Source of the DNA: Deferribacterales bacterium
GTDB taxonomy: Bacteria > Chrysiogenota > Deferribacteres > Deferribacterales > Geovibrionaceae
NCBI GenBank assembly: GCA_050251875.1
Contig: JBFWMA010000005.1
Coordinates: 64,001-128,000 of the forward strand
Direction of reading: 5' to 3'
Length of the DNA stretch: 64,000 bases
The notes beneath the pieces were generated by a model. The model searched no databases and had not been told where the DNA came from. It saw only the letters and a program-made list of their open reading frames with translations. The translations under genes and the position numbers were made by a program. Below, piece after piece: positions 58,978 to 64,000 of the stretch (within the stretch, counting starts at the first letter, position 1; each line of letters opens with the position of its first letter).

Positions 58978-60009
58978 TTATTTGTAAAGTTTTTCCTGAA
59001 TAACGACCCGGATGAAGGCGGCCGCCGGAAGCGCCATTATCATACCGCCGATGCCGAACAGAGACCCTCCGGCGAGCAGGGCAAAAATAACGCCTGTGGG
59101 ATGAAGACCCAAAGATTTTCCGATAATTTTGGGAGTAAGATAATTTCCCTCGATGGACTGAACAACGGTGAACCCGATTATCACCATCAGAGGATGAAGA
59201 AAATCGGCGTATTGAAGAGCCGCCAGAATGACAGAGGAAGAGAACCCGATGATGAACCCGAGATAGGGTACAACGCTCAGGATTCCCGCCGTCAGACCGA
59301 CAATCACGGCGGGTTTTATGCCCGCAATGAGAAGCACTGCCGTATAAAGCACGCCCAGCAGAAAAGCGACAATGATCTGCCCTCTGAAATATTCCGACAG
59401 AATACGGTCGAACTGGGTGAAATATCTGCGGTAGTCTCTTTCAGAGCTCTTGTCCAGAGCGGCGAACAGCTTTTCATTCAGCTTGTCGAAATCCCGCAGG
59501 AAATAGAAGACGAGGATAGGGATCAGCGACAGGTGTATGATGGTGGTAACCGCTGAGGATATGGATGTTATTATTCCGGATATTCCTGTGAAGATGCCGT
59601 GGAGCGAGTCGGATATTTTTGACCCCGCCAGCTCTTTCAGGTGGTTCACATCCAGCTGAATATTCAGCCTGTTCGCTGTGGTGTGGATGAAATCCAGCGT
59701 GTTGTCAGCGTATGCCGGAAGATTTTTTATCAGATACTGTGTCTCTGACGCCACAACAGGTATCAGCCACAGAAGCAGAAGAGATATCAGCAGAACGCCT
59801 ATGGACATCAGTGTCAGAATGGATGCCCAGCGGGGAATCTTTCTGGCTTCAAAAAAATCTATGACCGGGTCGAAAAGATAAGCTATGAAGAACGAAACGG
59901 CGAACACGGTGATGATGCTCTGGATTTTGAACAGCAGTATAATAACGCCGACTGTGACGGCGGCGATTATCAGATTTTTTACATTGATTTCAAGGTTGAT
60001 GATGCTCAT
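58978..60009 (-). CDS. AI-2E (PerM) family transporter
   Basis: FIAYLFDP, YFRGQ, VPYLG, QSIEGNYLTPKIIG..LGLHP. Confidence 0.94.
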   Translation of the reverse strand: MSIINLEINVKNLIIAAVTVGVIILLFKIQSIITVFAVSFFIAYLFDPVIDFFEARKIPRWASILTLMSIGVLLISLLLLWLIPVVASETQYLIKNLPAYADNTLDFIHTTANRLNIQLDVNHLKELAGSKISDSLHGIFTGISGIITSISSAVTTIIHLSLIPILVFYFLRDFDKLNEKLFAALDKSSERDYRRYFTQFDRILSEYFRGQIIVAFLLGVLYTAVLLIAGIKPAVIVGLTAGILSVVPYLGFIIGFSSSVILAALQYADFLHPLMVIIGFTVVQSIEGNYLTPKIIGKSLGLHPTGVIFALLAGGSLFGIGGMIMALPAAAFIRVVIQEKLYK

Positions 60010-60051
60010 GCAGACTTATAGCACAGAAAAACGCCGATTGCGATACAATGA

Positions 60052-60079
60052 ATAAAAAAGGGGCGTATGAACGCCCCTT
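60052..60079 (-). terminator. Terminator of the RND operon
   Basis: AAGGGGCGT-ATGA-ACGCCCCTT with T tract on the minus strand. Confidence 0.8.
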
Positions 60080-60086
60080 GGTGATG

Positions 60087-60281
60087 TTAGTTTTCTCTGA
60101 TACCCATTTTGCGCAGGATATCTTCCAGCAGACACCATTTGGTGAAAGCGGACTGGAGCAGGTTAAGCCCCACGAAAGCCGCCAGAGCCAGCCACCATTT
60201 CTGGTCTGTTGCCAGAAAGAGCCCGATGCTCAGCAGTATGAAAATACCGGGTACTAGTCTTAAAATATCTTTAATTGACAT
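60087..60281 (-). CDS. DUF2892 (YgaP-like) small membrane protein
   Basis: FVGLNLLQSAFTKWC motif. Confidence 0.9.
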   Translation of the reverse strand: MSIKDILRLVPGIFILLSIGLFLATDQKWWLALAAFVGLNLLQSAFTKWCLLEDILRKMGIREN

Positions 60282-60306
60282 AATATATTCTCCTTATTCA
60301 GTAATC

Positions 60307-63300
60307 TTAGTGTGTGTCCAGCGTTTTGTCCCAGAATCTCTTATGGAAATAGTACATAAGAGGGATGATAAGCAGCGTCAGTATGGTGGAAACCACAGCG
60401 CCTGTTATCAGAGCCACGCCGAGTCCGGCGAAAATCGGGTCGGGAAGCATGAAAAGCGCTCCGGTGATAACCGCCACAGTTGTCAGCACCACGGGTCTTG
60501 TTCTGATAGCGCCTGATTCTATAACAGCCTCACGCAGGGTGCGTCCGTTCGCCAGAGCATGCTCTATGAAATCGATGAGCAGAACAGCGTTGCGCACCAT
60601 GATACCTGCCAGCGCTATGAATCCTATCATACTGGTGGCAGTGAAGAACTGACCGAATATGAAGTGTCCCGGGATTATGCCCAGAAGCGAAAGCGGAATC
60701 GGCACCATCATGATGAGAGGCGTCGCGAACGATTTGAACCATCCCACCAGAACAAAATACATCAGAACCAGAACGGCGGCGAACGCCAGCCCGAGGTCAC
60801 GGAACACCTCATAGGTGATCTGCCACTCTCCGTCCCATTTCACGGACGGAACGTCATAAGTCTCCGGCTGGGCTGTCCAGTACTGCTTCACGGGAGTTCC
60901 GTTCCATTTTATCTGAGCCATTTTTTCTTTCATGTCCAGAATGGCGTACACGGGGCTTTCCACCTCGTTTGCCACATCCGCCGTGATATATGTCACGGGT
61001 TTCATGTTTTTATGATAAACGGATTTATCTTTTACTTTCTCTCTGACGGTAACCAGCTCGCCCAGGCTCACAGCGGCGCCTGACATAGAGATGAGGTTCA
61101 CCTCGGAGAGAGTCTCTATCATGTTTCTTCTGTCTTCCGGCAGTTTGATAGTGATATCAACGGGTTCTCTGTCTTCCTCTGTGTGCAGGATGCCCGCCTT
61201 CATGCCCTGAAGAGCCATGTAGAGTGTTTTGGACACCATCTCGGAGGATATCCCCATGACAGCCGCCTTCTGTTTGTCCACCTGAAGGTCATACTGAACC
61301 ATGTCGTCCTCTTCGTATGTGTCTATATCCACAACACCTGGAGTCTGCTTGAACACATCCATAACCTGAGCCGCCACATCGCTTCTGGTCTTCTGATCCG
61401 GTCCGTATATCTCTGCCACCAGAGTGGAGAGGACGGGAGGTCCGGGCGGAACTTCGGCTATTTTTATGTTCGCTTTATATTTGTCCCCGATCTCCTGGAT
61501 GGGTATTCTGATCACCTTTGCCAGATCGTGGCTTTTCAGGCTTCTTTCGGATTTATCTACGAAGTTCACCTGGATATCCGCGACATTGTGCCCGCGTCTC
61601 ATGAAATAGTGGCGCACAAGCCCGTTGAAGTTATAAGGGGAGGCTAAGCCTGTATATATCTGATAATCCTTAACCTCTTTTACTGTGGAGAGGTAGTTGC
61701 CCACCTCCACTGCTACCATGTTGGTGGTTTCCAGAGGCGTTCCCTCGGGCATGTCGATCACCACCTGCACCTCGTTCTTGTTGTCGAACGGAAGCATCTT
61801 CATGACCACCAGACGGGAGGGAATGAAGAGGAAAGCGGCGAAAAAGAGCCCCAGAAGAACAGCGGTGAAGATTATTCTGTTTCTTCCGCTGTCTATCAGC
61901 GCTGAAAACATTTTGTTGTATATTGAGTAGAGCTTTGTTGTTTTAACATAATCGCACTCGTCCTCTATCTCGCCGGCGTGTTTTGCGGCGTGGGGGGCGA
62001 GCAGCTTATAAGCCAGCCACGGAGTGATCATCAGCGCCACGAACAGCGAGAAGACCATAGCCAGAGACGCTCCGATGGGCATTGGTTTCATGTAGGGTCC
62101 CATAAGCCCTCTCACGAAAGCCATGGGGAAGATAGCCACTATAACTGTGACGGTGGCGAGGATAGTGGGGTTGCCCACTTCGCCCACAGCGTAGATAGCC
62201 TTGTCCAGAAGGTTTCTGGCGCCCAGACGGAAGTGCCGCTCCATGTTCTCCACAACGATGATGGCGTCATCCACCACCAGCCCCGCAACGAAGATCAGGG
62301 CGAAGAGCGTAACTCTGTTCAGAGTGTAGTCGAACATGAAATACACGAAGAACGTCAGGGCGAATGTGACGGGCAGGGCGACAAAGACCACCGCTCCGGC
62401 ACGCCATCCCATTGTGAGGCTCATCACCACTATAACGGCTATGATAGCGCCCACAAGGTGCTCTATCAGCGTCATAACTTTGGTGAACGCTGTCTCTCCG
62501 TAGTTTCTGGTGACCTCAACGCTCACTCCGTCAGGAATGATGTATCCTTTCAGTCTGTCCAGCTTGGCGAGCACGGCGTCTGATACCACCACGGAGTCGC
62601 TTCCCTTTCTCTTCGACAGAGAGAGGGTCACCGCCTGATATTTATCGGCGGAGATTTTATCATTGAACCCGGTCAGCAGGATGCTGTCGGGAATCTCAGG
62701 TCCGTCTGTCACATCGGCAACGTCTTTCAGATAGACAGCCTTGCCGTTCATCACGCCCACAACCATGTTTTTCAGGTTTTCAGCGTTGGTATAGAACCCT
62801 CCGGCGCTGACATAAAAAACCTGATTGTTCTTGGTGATGTCGCCTGTGTTCAGCGACATGTTGGAGCTCTCCACCGCCTTGAACAGACGGAAGAGATCAA
62901 GGTTATACGCTCTGAGTTTTTCAATGTTAGGCTCAATGCGCACCATACGTTTATAGCCGCCGATGATCTCTGTCTTGGATACGTTGTCCACCTCTTTCAG
63001 GTGTTTTTCAACCTCCAGAGCGATGCGGCGGAGCTGATAAGCGTCATATTTATCTGAATAGAATGTGAATGCCATCTGGGGCACGTCATCTATCGACTGT
63101 TTTTTGATGATGGGCTGAAGAACGCCGTGGGGCATCCTGTCCATGTTATAGTCTATCTTGTCTTTCAGCTTGGTGATGGATTTTTCCTCGTCCTCGTTCA
63201 CCTTGAAGCGGACGACTATCATACCCATGTCATTCATGCTGGTGCTGTAGACATATTCCACACCAGGGATCTCCCAGATGATCTCCTCCAGAGGCTCTGT

Positions 63301-63513
63301 TACGGATTTTTCAACGTCTTTCGCGTTGGCTCCGGGATAGGGAACCATGATATCCACCATGGGAACGACTATCTGGGGCTCCTCCTCTTTTGGTGTCATG
63401 ATGATGGACACCATGCCTATGAAGAGGGTGGCGATAACCAGAAGGGGCGTTATCTTGGATGTTATGAATCCGGAGGCGATTCTCGCCGCGAGATTTTTCT
63501 TAACTTCGCTCAT
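60307..63513 (-). CDS. AcrB/AcrD/AcrF-family RND permease
   Basis: PKEEEPQI, VDDAIIVVEN, GIMVRNAVLLIDF, RTRP; 1068 aa. Confidence 0.95.
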   Translation of the reverse strand: MSEVKKNLAARIASGFITSKITPLLVIATLFIGMVSIIMTPKEEEPQIVVPMVDIMVPYPGANAKDVEKSVTEPLEEIIWEIPGVEYVYSTSMNDMGMIVVRFKVNEDEEKSITKLKDKIDYNMDRMPHGVLQPIIKKQSIDDVPQMAFTFYSDKYDAYQLRRIALEVEKHLKEVDNVSKTEIIGGYKRMVRIEPNIEKLRAYNLDLFRLFKAVESSNMSLNTGDITKNNQVFYVSAGGFYTNAENLKNMVVGVMNGKAVYLKDVADVTDGPEIPDSILLTGFNDKISADKYQAVTLSLSKRKGSDSVVVSDAVLAKLDRLKGYIIPDGVSVEVTRNYGETAFTKVMTLIEHLVGAIIAVIVVMSLTMGWRAGAVVFVALPVTFALTFFVYFMFDYTLNRVTLFALIFVAGLVVDDAIIVVENMERHFRLGARNLLDKAIYAVGEVGNPTILATVTVIVAIFPMAFVRGLMGPYMKPMPIGASLAMVFSLFVALMITPWLAYKLLAPHAAKHAGEIEDECDYVKTTKLYSIYNKMFSALIDSGRNRIIFTAVLLGLFFAAFLFIPSRLVVMKMLPFDNKNEVQVVIDMPEGTPLETTNMVAVEVGNYLSTVKEVKDYQIYTGLASPYNFNGLVRHYFMRRGHNVADIQVNFVDKSERSLKSHDLAKVIRIPIQEIGDKYKANIKIAEVPPGPPVLSTLVAEIYGPDQKTRSDVAAQVMDVFKQTPGVVDIDTYEEDDMVQYDLQVDKQKAAVMGISSEMVSKTLYMALQGMKAGILHTEEDREPVDITIKLPEDRRNMIETLSEVNLISMSGAAVSLGELVTVREKVKDKSVYHKNMKPVTYITADVANEVESPVYAILDMKEKMAQIKWNGTPVKQYWTAQPETYDVPSVKWDGEWQITYEVFRDLGLAFAAVLVLMYFVLVGWFKSFATPLIMMVPIPLSLLGIIPGHFIFGQFFTATSMIGFIALAGIMVRNAVLLIDFIEHALANGRTLREAVIESGAIRTRPVVLTTVAVITGALFMLPDPIFAGLGVALITGAVVSTILTLLIIPLMYYFHKRFWDKTLDTH

Positions 63514-63999
63514 TTATTTTTCCTCGAGAATATCGCCTGATTTCAGAACCTGAGCGTTTTCGGTGACAACTTTGTCTCCGGCTGACAGTCCTGAAAGAAT
63601 TTCTGTCACTCCGCCCAGATCACGTCCGGGTTTGATGACTCTCATCTCTGCCTTGCCGCCGTTATCCACGAAAACCATAGTGAGCTGTCCTCTCTGAACA
63701 ACTGCCTGTGTGGGAACGGCTATTATTTTTTCTGTGCCTGTGATGAATCTTACTTTGGCAAACATTCCCTGAGCCAGTTTTTCGCATCCGGAAAGTTTTA
63801 CTTTGAAATTACCTGTGGCGGGGTCGATATCGGGGCTGAGCTCTATAACTTCGGATTCGAAGCTCTCGCCCATGGTGTCAACGCTGACTCTCGCTTTTGT
63901 GCCCACGTTGATTTCGTTCAGCATGGACTGGCTGACATAGGCGTATACCACGGGAACGTTGTTGCCCACTTTAAGTATGGGGCTGCCGGGGGCGGCGAG
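63514..63999 (-). CDS. RND membrane fusion protein, C-terminal part (5' end outside the window)
   Basis: IDPATGNFKV, GMFAKV, VP..AVV.RG, EILSGLSAGDKVV. Confidence 0.9.
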   Translation of the reverse strand, partial: LAAPGSPILKVGNNVPVVYAYVSQSMLNEINVGTKARVSVDTMGESFESEVIELSPDIDPATGNFKVKLSGCEKLAQGMFAKVRFITGTEKIIAVPTQAVVQRGQLTMVFVDNGGKAEMRVIKPGRDLGGVTEILSGLSAGDKVVTENAQVLKSGDILEEK

Positions 64000-64000
64000 G

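Overview
A 64-kb piece of ordinary bacterial chromosome; gene content suggests an anaerobic, flagellated diderm, possibly Deferribacterales (inference, not checked). In order: the 3' end of moaA; a LarA-family gene; a flagellar cluster on the minus strand (unknown lipoprotein-flgFG-flgA-flgHI-flgJ-flgMN-flgK-giant flgL-fliW-csrA) with sigma54 and sigma28 promoters; zur-znuA; a COG0731-like radical SAM gene; a group-1 [NiFe] hydrogenase small/large pair; a Fic gene; aminotransferase-hisZ-purA; a tRNA operon (Lys, Glu, Val, Asp); housekeeping genes (tRNA nucleotidyltransferase, coaE, hypAB, rnhB, folE2); two tandem autotransporter-like paralogs; mltD, nth, iscS, an Rrf2 regulator, cysE, ferredoxin, a ClC channel, pcrA/uvrD, a VanX-like dipeptidase, a ModE/modABC/Mop molybdate locus and an RND pump. 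No prophage, IS or CRISPR was found. The most notable signal is a three-copy structured intergenic element whose hairpins differ in stem sequence but keep ANGGA loops, as CsrA-binding sites do. One copy lies in the tRNA operon spacer and two flank a small gene, in a genome with a FliW-type CsrA. Also notable: a probable CC-adding enzyme, G37 in tRNA-Glu and tRNA-Asp, a 1274-aa FlgL, an unknown first gene of the sigma54 flagellar operon, and a Zur-like box next to that promoter.
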